Source of the DNA: Ignavibacteriota bacterium
Lineage (GTDB): Bacteria; Bacteroidota; Ignavibacteria; Kapaibacteriales; UBA2268
Length of the DNA stretch: 64,000 nucleotides
Direction: 5' to 3'
Assembly: GCA_024636855.1 (NCBI GenBank)
Contig: JAGXGG010000049.1
Span: 20,362-84,361, forward strand
Below, in pieces: positions 35,769-44,924 of this stretch. A model generated the notes under the pieces. It did not search any database. It was not told where the DNA came from and worked only from the letters and a program-made list of their open reading frames with translations. Both the position numbers and the translations under genes were made by a program. The first letter of the stretch is position 1. Every line of letters starts with the position of its first letter.

Positions 35769-37085
35769 TTAATTCTCTATTTTGAATATAAACTTACCAT
35801 CACCGTCTGTATCTACTACTATACTACCGTGTTCCTTTATTTCACCTGAGAGTACGTGCATAGACAATGGGTCTGTTATTTTCTTCTGTATAGTTCTCTT
35901 AATTGGACGAGCACCATAATTCACATCATAGCTTATCTCAGCTAACCATTTCAGAGCTTCGTCAGTTATTTCTAACTTCAGATTCTGCTTAGCTAATCTA
36001 TTTGCAAGTATATCGAATTGTAGCTTAGCTATATTAGCAATTTCCTCTTTTAATAATGGTTTGAACAGAACTATTTCGTCTATTCTGTTAAGGAATTCGG
36101 GACGCATAACCTGTTTCATTTTTCCGACTATCTGCTCTCTGGCTTCAGCTAGCAAGTTCTCTCTATTATCAGAGTTCATCCCACTCATCTTACTAATTAG
36201 GAACTCAGTACCCAGATTCGATGTCATTATTATAATCGTATTTTTGAAGTTCACAGTTCTGCCTTTGCTATCAGTCAAGCGGCCATCATCTAGCACTTGT
36301 AGCAATATATTGAACACATCGGGATGAGCTTTCTCTATCTCATCAAGTAGGATAACGCTATATTGCTTACGACGAACATTCTCTGTTAGTTGACCACCCT
36401 CGTCATAGCCCACATAACCCGGAGGTGCTCCTATCAGTCGAGTAACTGAGAATTTATCCATGTACTCACTCATATCCAATCGGATAATCGCGTTCTCATC
36501 ATCGAATAAATACTCCGCTAAAGCCTTCGCTAATTCCGTCTTACCAACGCCAGTAGTACCTATGAAAATGAAAGACCCTATTGGTCTATTCTCATCTTGC
36601 AGGCCTGCTCTAGAGCGACGTATAGAATTAGAGACAGCTGCTACGGCTTCTTCTTGACCTACTACTCTTTCGTGTAGTAAATCTTCCATTTTTAGAAGTT
36701 TTTGCTTCTCACTTTCTATCATCTTAGAGACTGGTATGCCAGTCCACTTGGAGACAATTTCGGCTATATCTTCTTCTGTTACTTGCTCTTTGAGTAGATG
36801 ACTGTTCTTTTGTAGTTCTTCTAGTTCTTCAGTAGCTCTGGTAACTTTAGTCTCTAGCTGATGTATTCTACCGTAGCGGATTTCAGCGACTTTGTCTAGA
36901 TTGCCTTCTCTTTCGTACCTATCGGCTTCGGTTTTCAGTGCATCTATCTGCTCTTTGAATGTACGAATCTCTTGTAGTTTACCTTTCTCAGATTCCCACT
37001 TCGCTTTCAGTATATTTCGTGTTTCTTTTAGATTCGATAGCTCTACTTCTAGTTCTTTTAGTCTATCTTTGGTAGAAGTACTCAT
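35769..37085 (-). CDS. ClpB C-terminal half only (end of M-domain coiled coil + NBD2 + C-terminal small domain)
   Basis: Collinear with E. coli ClpB from about residue 468 to the end. Motifs: AEIVSKWTGIPVSKM, RVVGQEEAV.AVSN.IRRSRAGL, Walker A GTTGVGKTELAKALA, Walker B SVILLDEIEKAHPDVFN.LLQVLDDGRLTD, GARPIKR. An in-frame stop lies 4 codons upstream of the ATG, and only 108 nt separate it from the next gene. Confidence 0.85.
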   Translation of the reverse strand: MSTSTKDRLKELEVELSNLKETRNILKAKWESEKGKLQEIRTFKEQIDALKTEADRYEREGNLDKVAEIRYGRIHQLETKVTRATEELEELQKNSHLLKEQVTEEDIAEIVSKWTGIPVSKMIESEKQKLLKMEDLLHERVVGQEEAVAAVSNSIRRSRAGLQDENRPIGSFIFIGTTGVGKTELAKALAEYLFDDENAIIRLDMSEYMDKFSVTRLIGAPPGYVGYDEGGQLTENVRRKQYSVILLDEIEKAHPDVFNILLQVLDDGRLTDSKGRTVNFKNTIIIMTSNLGTEFLISKMSGMNSDNRENLLAEAREQIVGKMKQVMRPEFLNRIDEIVLFKPLLKEEIANIAKLQFDILANRLAKQNLKLEITDEALKWLAEISYDVNYGARPIKRTIQKKITDPLSMHVLSGEIKEHGSIVVDTDGDGKFIFKIEN

Positions 37086-37152
37086 AGTTATTTCTTCTTA
37101 TTTTAATCTATATTTGTATTCTTAGAGACGTTTTTGAGAATGAATAATTTTG

Positions 37153-37160
37153 CAAAAGTA
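37153..37160 (-). promoter_or_regulatory. possible -7 box (TACTTTTG) upstream of the truncated clpB
   Basis: The reverse complement of caaaagta is TACTTTTG, ~68 nt upstream of the ATG at 37085. Confidence 0.3.
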
Positions 37161-37193
37161 AAAGGCTAACCAATTGTACGGTGCTCCTTTCCT

Positions 37194-38537
37194 TTACTCC
37201 TTTATGAATTTTTTGGTGAAAATCTCACTACCTAATTCAAGTCTAATAAAATAAGTCGCTGGGGCTAAGTTGGAAATATTATAATTAATAGAATAATTCT
37301 GATTTTCTATATTTCCTTCGTCTATTATTCCAATTTCATTTCCTAGTAAATCTATTATGCTTAGTTTTATTGACTCATTTGTTGCAGTGCTGAATTGAAT
37401 ACTAATATTATTAGAGGCAGGGTTGGGAGTCACAGTTAAGTTTAATTGATTGTAATTTGTACCTTCGACTGAAGATGTATTTATGTGACTCGGAAAAAGA
37501 ATTAAAAAACCACCGATATTGGTAATTAATAATTCATTGTTATCAGAAAATGAAGAGTTTTGAAAGCTTCCCTTTGTATATTCATGTATTAAAGTATTAC
37601 TCTTCACATCAAAAATTTTTAGAAATGTAGTGTGTTGATTAGTTACAACTAGTTTACTATCATCCTTACTGAGGTCAATATTTGTAGCTGGTACATAATC
37701 AGCTTCATCGAATATAATTTTGCTGTAAAAATTACGTTCTGTTATGTCATAGAAATTAATCTCACCTCCTCTATGATTCCATGCAATTTTTGACCTATCA
37801 TTCATTACCTGCATATTATTAAATCCTCCAAACTTCTCATTTGTATTAGTAAATGAATATACTGAATCAACTAACTCCTTGGTTTCTCTATTATAGAAAT
37901 GTACAAAGTAATGTCTTTTTCGCCATTGAGGAGGTATATTATCAATTTCATCATTTACATCATCTACTACTACATAAATGATTTCATCGTTTGTACCAAC
38001 ATAATCATAATCATGAATAGTTCTTTTCCATTTATAACCATCTTTCTGGAATTGCTTCACAAAAGAAAGACTATCAACTTTTCTTTTACTTTCTATATCA
38101 TAGAAATAAATCATATTTCCGATGATTGTTGATGATTTTGTATTGATATGAAATGTATTAGCCATGAACTCATTTTTAGATTTTGCTGTTCGTATACGTC
38201 CAATGTTTTCATTCTCTTTTTCAAATCCTTCAATAACTTCTTTTGTTTGCCAATCTAAAAGTTTTGGCGTACTATCTTTAGCAAATACTAGGTATTGTTC
38301 AGTATAATTGTAATCTCCAGCAACTTCAGTAGGAACTGAGAACTCCATTACTCCTTTTTGCACCTCCCAAAACTCAATAGAATTATTCCAAGCTATTACA
38401 TATTTATCATCTGGAGTAAAATCAACATCTCTTGCTCCTGAACTCATAGTCCGATACCAGAGTGTATCTATTTCAATGGCGCTGGCGGGTAAAACTACAG
38501 ATAAAATAGTTAATAAGATTAGTAGTAAGTTCTTCAT
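37194..38537 (-). CDS. secreted beta-propeller-like protein with T9SS C-terminal sorting domain, tandem paralogue 1
   Basis: Signal peptide MKNLLLILLTILSVVLPASA. C-terminal TVTPNPASNNISIQF...TYFIRLELGSEIFTKKFIKE. Confidence 0.65.
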   Translation of the reverse strand: MKNLLLILLTILSVVLPASAIEIDTLWYRTMSSGARDVDFTPDDKYVIAWNNSIEFWEVQKGVMEFSVPTEVAGDYNYTEQYLVFAKDSTPKLLDWQTKEVIEGFEKENENIGRIRTAKSKNEFMANTFHINTKSSTIIGNMIYFYDIESKRKVDSLSFVKQFQKDGYKWKRTIHDYDYVGTNDEIIYVVVDDVNDEIDNIPPQWRKRHYFVHFYNRETKELVDSVYSFTNTNEKFGGFNNMQVMNDRSKIAWNHRGGEINFYDITERNFYSKIIFDEADYVPATNIDLSKDDSKLVVTNQHTTFLKIFDVKSNTLIHEYTKGSFQNSSFSDNNELLITNIGGFLILFPSHINTSSVEGTNYNQLNLTVTPNPASNNISIQFSTATNESIKLSIIDLLGNEIGIIDEGNIENQNYSINYNISNLAPATYFIRLELGSEIFTKKFIKE

Positions 38538-38541
38538 TTCA

Positions 38542-39855
38542 TTACTCCTTTATGAATTTTTTGGTGAAAATCTCACTACCTAATTCAAGTCTAATAAAAT
38601 AAATTGATGGAGGTATGTTGGATATATTATAATCAATAGAATAATTCTGATTTTCTATATTTCCTTCATCTATTATTCCAATTTCATTTCCTAGTAAATC
38701 TATTATGCTTAGTTTTATTGGCTCATTTGTTTCAGTGCTGAATTGAATACTAATAATATTAGAAGCAGGGTTGGGAGTCACAGTTAAGTTTACTCTATTT
38801 TTATTTGTACCTTCGACTGAAGTCTCTACTATATGACTTGGGAATAATAATAAGAAGCTATTTACATGAGCAACAAGAAGTTCCTCATTATTAGAAAAGC
38901 TAATATTATCTTTACCCCCTATGTTTGAATAATAAACTAATTCCTTTGATTGTAAATTATATATCTTTAAATCTTTACCGTGAGTAATTCCAACAATTGA
39001 TTCAAGCCGATTAAACTCAATATCTGAGGCTTCTACAAAATCGTGAGTGTCAAAAACTAGATAATTATAAAACCTTTTCTGTTTTATATTATAAAAATTA
39101 ATTTCTCCTCCTTTTTTGTTCCACGCCAAATTATCTCTGTCATTCAAAACAACCATCTTATCCACGTGGTTGTAATTTTCAAAAGATATTTGAAAAGCAA
39201 ATAAAGAGTCAATTAATTCTTTTGTTTCTCTATTATATATTAAATAACTAAAATTATCAATTTCATTTTTTGAAGGTAGATTAGGTGTTGAAGCATTATT
39301 ATCATTGACCCGAATATAGAAGTATTCGTCGCTGTTACCTAGATAATCATACTCATGAATTGACCTTCCCCATTTCTGGTTGTTTTTTTCACACTCTTTC
39401 ATAATCTCAAAACTATCTAATATCTGCTTCTGATTAATATCCCAAAAATACATTACTTTTGGATAATGTCCTTTTGTTGCCATAAACTCATTTTTTGATT
39501 TTGCTGTTCTTATTCTTCCTAAAAATGTTTCTTGTTTCTCAAATCCCTCGACTACTTCTCTTGTCTTCCAATTAAGCAATTTGGGTGTACTATCTTGAGC
39601 AAAAACAAGATATTCTTCATTGTAGTTATAGTCACCTAATACTTCCGATGTGATAAAGAAATCTCTTACACCCTGTTGCACTTCCCAGAATTCTATACCA
39701 TTTCTCCATAATACTACATATTTATCATCAGGAGTAAAATCTACATCCTGATTACCAGAACCAGTATAGCGATACCAGAGTGTATCTATTTCAATGGCAC
39801 TGGCGGGTACGCTTATTACAATGGTAAGAATTAAGGCTAATATTAAATTTTTCAT
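38542..39855 (-). CDS. secreted beta-propeller-like protein with T9SS C-terminal sorting domain, tandem paralogue 2
   Basis: Start set at MKNLILALILTIVISVPASA (ATG at 39855) by analogy with paralogue 1. The longest ORF (39948) runs into a terminator hairpin. The last 281 nt are nearly identical to 37194-37474. Confidence 0.65.
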   Translation of the reverse strand: MKNLILALILTIVISVPASAIEIDTLWYRYTGSGNQDVDFTPDDKYVVLWRNGIEFWEVQQGVRDFFITSEVLGDYNYNEEYLVFAQDSTPKLLNWKTREVVEGFEKQETFLGRIRTAKSKNEFMATKGHYPKVMYFWDINQKQILDSFEIMKECEKNNQKWGRSIHEYDYLGNSDEYFYIRVNDNNASTPNLPSKNEIDNFSYLIYNRETKELIDSLFAFQISFENYNHVDKMVVLNDRDNLAWNKKGGEINFYNIKQKRFYNYLVFDTHDFVEASDIEFNRLESIVGITHGKDLKIYNLQSKELVYYSNIGGKDNISFSNNEELLVAHVNSFLLLFPSHIVETSVEGTNKNRVNLTVTPNPASNIISIQFSTETNEPIKLSIIDLLGNEIGIIDEGNIENQNYSIDYNISNIPPSIYFIRLELGSEIFTKKFIKE

Positions 39856-39931
39856 GATACATTTTTTAGGACAGTTGATTTTGTTATTGATTAAAGTAAT
39901 GAAATAGAGTAGATTAACCAAGAATAAGCAT

Positions 39932-39966
39932 AAAAAAAGGAGAACCAAATAAATGATTCTCCTTTT
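39932..39966 (-). terminator. rho-independent terminator downstream of miaB
   Basis: Stem AAAGGAGAA (39936-39944) / TTCTCCTTT (39957-39965). A7 on the plus strand gives a T-run after the hairpin on the minus strand. Confidence 0.65.
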
Positions 39967-40009
39967 AAATTAGATTTTAAGTTATTGCTATTTTTCCTCT
40001 TCCCTCTGA

Positions 40010-40090
40010 GATTTGAGAAAGGATATACGTCTTATTTCTAAGAGGGAGCATTTATCCGTTGACTAAAAAGTCAACGGCAATACATTAATA
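40010..40090 (+). repeat. hairpin-repeat element, locus 3 (module A plus a CCCTCT/AGAGGG hairpin)
   Basis: TCCGTTGACTAAAAAGTCAACGGCAATACATT at 40055-40086, preceded by the imperfect hairpin tccctctgaga..tctaagaggga. Confidence 0.65.
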
Positions 40091-40120
40091 TTTCATATCT
40101 TTTAAATATAACAAAAACCA

Positions 40121-41491
40121 CTATTTCTCTATTTCTACAAATAGAGTAGCTGAGTTTGCGCTTACTACTTTTGCTTTTAGTAAATCGCCTTCTTTTTCGC
40201 CGTTGTAAGGAAAGATGCACATTTTGTTTGTGTCGCTTCTTCCTTGCCACATTTCTTCTTTTTTCTTGCTAGGGCCTTCCACTAATATTTCGTGGGTTTT
40301 GCCGATTTCAGCTTCATTTATCTCACCAGCTATTGCACGTTGTTGGAATATAATTTCTTCCAACCGTCTAGTCTTAACTTCTTCTGGTACATCATCAGGA
40401 TACTTCTTCTCGGCTAGTGTATTGCCTCTTTCCGAATATTTGAACATAAATGCACCGTCATATCGTACTTCTTTCATCAAATCTAGTGTCATTTGGTGGT
40501 CTTCTTCGGTCTCTGTGCAATAGCCAGAGATTATATCAGTAGAAAGGCAAACACCAGGGACTGTCTTTCTAATCATAGCTATTCTTTCCATATACTCATC
40601 AGCCGTATAGTCGCGACGCATTTTCTTTAGGATTTTGCTACTTCCTGATTGTACAGGCAAGTGAATGAAATTACAGATATTGTCATATTTCTGATGTGCG
40701 TAGATTAGTTCATCACTCATATCATGCGGATGACTAGTCGAGTATCTTATTCGAAGATAGGGTAGGGCTTGAGCTATTCCCTCTAATAATTTAGGGAAGT
40801 CTTTCTTCGCATTCAAATCATTGTAACTATTTACGTTCTGACCAAGTAGTGTTATCTCTTTTACACCGCTCTCGTATAAACCAATCGATTGTTGCAGTAT
40901 AGAATCGTAGCTGCTAGAACGCTCTCTTCCACGAGTATAAGGGACTACACAGAAAGCACAGAAGTTATTGCAACCTCGCATTATAGAAAGCCAAGCACTT
41001 ACTCCTTCAGTTCTTAGTGGAGTTATATCTTCATAAGTTTCTACTTTACTTAACTCTACTGCTACACCTTGTTCACCTTTTATTGCTTGATTAATTAGCG
41101 ATGGTAATGAGCGATATTCATCGGGTCCTACGACTATGCTAACTAGGTCTCGTTCTCCTATTAGTTTTGTCTTCAAACGTTCGGCCATACAACCAAGGAT
41201 ACCAACAACTAATTTAAACTTCTTCTTTTTATATTGACGAAGATGCGATAATCTATGGAAGATTTTTTGTTCAGCATTGTCACGTATTGAGCATGTATTT
41301 AGCAAGATGACGTCTGCATTGTCAGCTGTATCAGTAATAGCAAAACCATCATTAGCCAAGATAGAAGCAACTACTTCGGAGTCAGCAATATTCATCTGAC
41401 AACCATAAGTTTCTATGTAAACTTTCTTCGCTTTTGGGTTCTTGTTATTAGTCTCAGCTTGCTTTTTTGGACTCATCAAATCTATATACAT
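40121..41491 (-). CDS. miaB: tRNA-i6A37 methylthiotransferase
   Basis: UPF0004 N-domain (IETYGCQMN...NTCSIR), radical-SAM CNNFCAFCVVPYTRGRE, C-terminal TRAM domain. Confidence 0.92.
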   Translation of the reverse strand: MYIDLMSPKKQAETNNKNPKAKKVYIETYGCQMNIADSEVVASILANDGFAITDTADNADVILLNTCSIRDNAEQKIFHRLSHLRQYKKKKFKLVVGILGCMAERLKTKLIGERDLVSIVVGPDEYRSLPSLINQAIKGEQGVAVELSKVETYEDITPLRTEGVSAWLSIMRGCNNFCAFCVVPYTRGRERSSSYDSILQQSIGLYESGVKEITLLGQNVNSYNDLNAKKDFPKLLEGIAQALPYLRIRYSTSHPHDMSDELIYAHQKYDNICNFIHLPVQSGSSKILKKMRRDYTADEYMERIAMIRKTVPGVCLSTDIISGYCTETEEDHQMTLDLMKEVRYDGAFMFKYSERGNTLAEKKYPDDVPEEVKTRRLEEIIFQQRAIAGEINEAEIGKTHEILVEGPSKKKEEMWQGRSDTNKMCIFPYNGEKEGDLLKAKVVSANSATLFVEIEK

Positions 41492-41586
41492 CTCAAATAC
41501 CTTATTTTGCTTGTTTTAGTTTTTTAATTGACTTCTAAGATAAGAATAAATTGACAACAAAGTCAAGTTACCCTTATTAATAACTG

Positions 41587-43593
41587 CTAGTAGTTTATTA
41601 AATAATTTAATTTAGTTTCTAATCTTACATTAGGAAGAAAATTATCTTCCAATTCATCAGCGAATGGAACTGGCGTATCTAATGAACCTACTCTAACAAC
41701 GGGTGCATCAAGATAATCAAATAGATTCTCTGTGATATAAGCTGATAGTTCTGCTATTACACCACCAGTAATTGTGTCTTCTTGTAATAGAAGTACTCTA
41801 TTAGTACTTTTTACCGTTTCTTCTATTATTTCTTTATCGAAAGGAAGTAATGTTCTTAAATCAACAATCTCTACATCTAATCCATTGCGTTCTACCAGCT
41901 CTTTAGCCCAATGAACTCCATAACCATAAGTGATAATACTAGCAGATTTACCTCTGGTAACGTAGCTGCCTTTACCTAGTTCTATGCTATATATATCATC
42001 ATATATTTCTTCTTTTATTTTTCTGTAAAGTGCTTTATGTTCGAAGAAAAGAACCGGATTCTCTTCGTTGATACTCGCCACTAATAGTCCTTTCGCATCT
42101 GTTGGATTAGATGGGTAAACGAGCTTCAACCCAGGTGTTTGGAAGAACCAACCTTCAGTAGATTGAGAATGAAATGGCCCTGCACCTACTCCTGCACCTG
42201 TAGGCATTCTTATAAGCACGTCAGCATTTTGTCCCCAACGGTAGTTAAGCTTGGCTAAGTTGTTTACTATTTGGTTGAATCCGCAAGTAACAAAGTCGGA
42301 GAATTGCATTTCTACTATTGGTTTATATCCCTCTATTGCCATTCCTAGTGCTGCACCAATCACTCCAGATTCTATTATTGGAGTATTGCGAACTCTTTCA
42401 CGACCAAACTTTTCTAGAAAACCTTGTGTTACTTTGAACGCACCACCATACTCAGCTATGTCTTGCCCCATTAGGATGACTTTATCATCATTTTCCATAG
42501 CTTGGTATAAACCATCAGAGATTGCTTCAATGAAGCGCTTCTCTGTTTTCTTTTCAGACTTAGGATTAATTGCTTTATGAGGATTTGATTTATACACATC
42601 TGCATATTCAGCTTCTGTATTAACAGTTATATTTGGTTCATCGAATGCACTTTCTATAGCCTCATCTATATAATCTGCAAACTCTTTTCTTATATATTTT
42701 ATATCATCTTCTGAAATGATTTTAGTTTGGAGTAAATACTCTTCATATCTGACAACTGGGTCTTTTTTCTCCCATTCTACAAATAGTTCTTGAGGTATGT
42801 ACTTAGTCCCAGATGACTCTTCGTGACCTCTCATTCTGAAAGTAATACATTCCAATAAAATTGGTTCTGGATTCTCTCTCATGGAGCTCATAATATCTTT
42901 TACTGTCTCATATACTTCGAGTATATTGTTCCCATCTATTTTCTGAGCTTTTATACCATAGCCAGGACCTTTAGAAACGAAGTCTTTCATTGCGAATTGC
43001 TCAGAGCTAGGAGTAGATAGACCATAACCGTTATTCTCAACTAAAAATAGTACAGGTAATTTCCATACAGCGGCTAAGTTTAGAGCCTCATGAAATTCAC
43101 CTTCACTCGTACCGCCATCACCAGTGAATACTAGTGTTCCTTTGTGTTCAGATTTCAATTTCTTAGCTAAAGATAGCCCATTTGCAATACTTAGTTGCGG
43201 ACCTAGATGCGAAATCATACCTATCACTTTATCTTCTATACTTCCGAAGTGAAACGATCTGTCTCTACCTTTTGTATAGCCATTCGCTTTTCCTTGGAAC
43301 TGAGAAAATAGCTTTTTCAATGGCATATCACGACTTGTAAATACACCCAAATTACGGTGCATAGGCAATATGAACTCATCATCGAGCATAGCCAAAGTAG
43401 AACCAACAGAGATTGCTTCTTGGCCAATTCCAGAGAACCATTTGGATATTCGATTCTGCCGCAATAGCAATATCATCTTTTCCTCTATCATTCTAGGTAA
43501 TAGAATATTGCGATAGAGCATTAACTTTTCATCTTTAGATGTTTTAAATTTATTATAATCAAAGGGTTTGGTACTTGAAGACATAATTTTCAA
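41587..43593 (-). CDS. fused alpha/beta E1 component of a 2-oxoacid (branched-chain/pyruvate-type) dehydrogenase
   Basis: TPP motif GDGGTSEGEFHEALNLAAVWKLPVLFLVENNGYG in the N-terminal half. Transketolase-like pyrimidine-binding and C-terminal domains in the second half. 668 aa. Confidence 0.88.
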   Translation of the reverse strand: MKIMSSSTKPFDYNKFKTSKDEKLMLYRNILLPRMIEEKMILLLRQNRISKWFSGIGQEAISVGSTLAMLDDEFILPMHRNLGVFTSRDMPLKKLFSQFQGKANGYTKGRDRSFHFGSIEDKVIGMISHLGPQLSIANGLSLAKKLKSEHKGTLVFTGDGGTSEGEFHEALNLAAVWKLPVLFLVENNGYGLSTPSSEQFAMKDFVSKGPGYGIKAQKIDGNNILEVYETVKDIMSSMRENPEPILLECITFRMRGHEESSGTKYIPQELFVEWEKKDPVVRYEEYLLQTKIISEDDIKYIRKEFADYIDEAIESAFDEPNITVNTEAEYADVYKSNPHKAINPKSEKKTEKRFIEAISDGLYQAMENDDKVILMGQDIAEYGGAFKVTQGFLEKFGRERVRNTPIIESGVIGAALGMAIEGYKPIVEMQFSDFVTCGFNQIVNNLAKLNYRWGQNADVLIRMPTGAGVGAGPFHSQSTEGWFFQTPGLKLVYPSNPTDAKGLLVASINEENPVLFFEHKALYRKIKEEIYDDIYSIELGKGSYVTRGKSASIITYGYGVHWAKELVERNGLDVEIVDLRTLLPFDKEIIEETVKSTNRVLLLQEDTITGGVIAELSAYITENLFDYLDAPVVRVGSLDTPVPFADELEDNFLPNVRLETKLNYLINY

Positions 43594-43610
43594 AATATTA
43601 CAAAAAAATA

Positions 43611-43632
43611 AAGCATAATCTAAGCATAATCT
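43611..43632. repeat. perfect tandem 11-mer (AAGCATAATCT x2) just upstream of the E1 gene start
   Basis: Positions 43611-43621 and 43622-43632 are identical, 18-39 nt upstream of the ATG at 43593 (minus strand). Confidence 0.6.
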
Positions 43633-43847
43633 TTTTAATTTGAGCTTAGATTTATTTAATTAGGTTGTAGTGTACTTGATTAAAGAGTGTGAATTCGAGT
43701 CTTTCTATGATTAATTGATTTTAATATACATCGATATCAATAGGGGAGTGTATAGAAAAAATAGTAAATAACTGGACATATGTTAGAACGATTCCAAACC
43801 AGTCATTCTTAGTTAATAATTTTATACTTTATATTATTATTGGATAA

Positions 43848-44765
43848 TTAGGAAATAATTAATTCAGACAGTTTCAAAACAGCGTCTACATAAGCGTTAC
43901 TGTGGTTGTAGTGCCATACAGCTTTTCGCTTTTTAGTCTCAGTTTTGCCCCAGCCATTAGAGCTCAGGTAATTGCCAACACTATATATAGCATCTTCTTT
44001 ATCGAATAAATTAACAACATTGTCTCCATTGCCATCAACTGCCCAACTAACATAACTAGATGGCAAGAATTGGGACATACCGAATGCACCAGCCCACGAG
44101 CCTTTTATCTCAGTAATAGGAACTGGAGATAATTTATTTAGTTGCTCTAATGCAACTAATTGTTCCATTGCCCATTTAGTTTTGTATTTTGCTCTGTCCT
44201 TTAATTTTGTAAGATACTTATTCAATTCTTCAGAATCATTATTATATGTTTCTTTTAGTGTTCTTGAATTCATGTCTATAAATATGCTTTGGTCAGCCAG
44301 AGCTGTGCTCAAGAAAACACTAACTATGTTGTTATTTCCTAAATACCCACCGTGGCGAGTTTCCACGTATAATATTGAAGTTATTACTTCTTTGGGAACA
44401 CCATATTTATCTTCTGCTGCTTGTAGTATTGCTAAGTTTTCTTCTAGGAATGTTTTGGATTTGCTTACTGCTCTTGTATTATAGTGGCTACTATAATCGG
44501 CTGCTTTACCTGAACCAATTACATTGATTTTTACGAAGCCTTCATCAAACTTAACATTCTGATCATTTATCAAATTATAGATAAAAGCTGAATCCACACC
44601 TTGTTTGATTAGTTTTTCTGCCACTGGTTGGAATATTTCTGCACTCGACATTTCATTATTCGCTGAAGAATAAGATATGTGTACTGAACCAAGTATGAAA
44701 GCCGAGCAAAGAAGTAGCCCGAACTTAAAACCAGAAACTGATTTATATGTTAGATTAAAATTCAT
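43848..44765 (-). CDS. lytic murein transglycosylase (MltB/SLT_2 family)
   Basis: YGVPKEVITSILYVETRHGGYLG (catalytic Glu) and GSWAGAFGMSQFLPSSY...DGNGD...DAIYSVGNYL..NGW. Confidence 0.85.
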   Translation of the reverse strand: MNFNLTYKSVSGFKFGLLLCSAFILGSVHISYSSANNEMSSAEIFQPVAEKLIKQGVDSAFIYNLINDQNVKFDEGFVKINVIGSGKAADYSSHYNTRAVSKSKTFLEENLAILQAAEDKYGVPKEVITSILYVETRHGGYLGNNNIVSVFLSTALADQSIFIDMNSRTLKETYNNDSEELNKYLTKLKDRAKYKTKWAMEQLVALEQLNKLSPVPITEIKGSWAGAFGMSQFLPSSYVSWAVDGNGDNVVNLFDKEDAIYSVGNYLSSNGWGKTETKKRKAVWHYNHSNAYVDAVLKLSELIIS

Positions 44766-44867
44766 TTTTTTTCCTTTATGCTAAGGGAAACTTAAGAAAT
44801 AAAATTGATTTCTTAAATTATTATTTTCCACTTTACATATAAACACTTAAAGTGGTCATTTTGTTAC

Positions 44868-44896
44868 AAAAAAAAACGCCTCAAATATTGAGACGT
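44868..44896 (-). terminator. rho-independent terminator of dnaA
   Basis: Stem ACGCCTCAA / TTGAGACGT (one mismatch) at 44876-44896. A9 on the plus strand gives a T-run on the minus strand. Confidence 0.6.
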
Positions 44897-44924
44897 TTAT
44901 ATTATACATTTTCACTTTAGTTAA

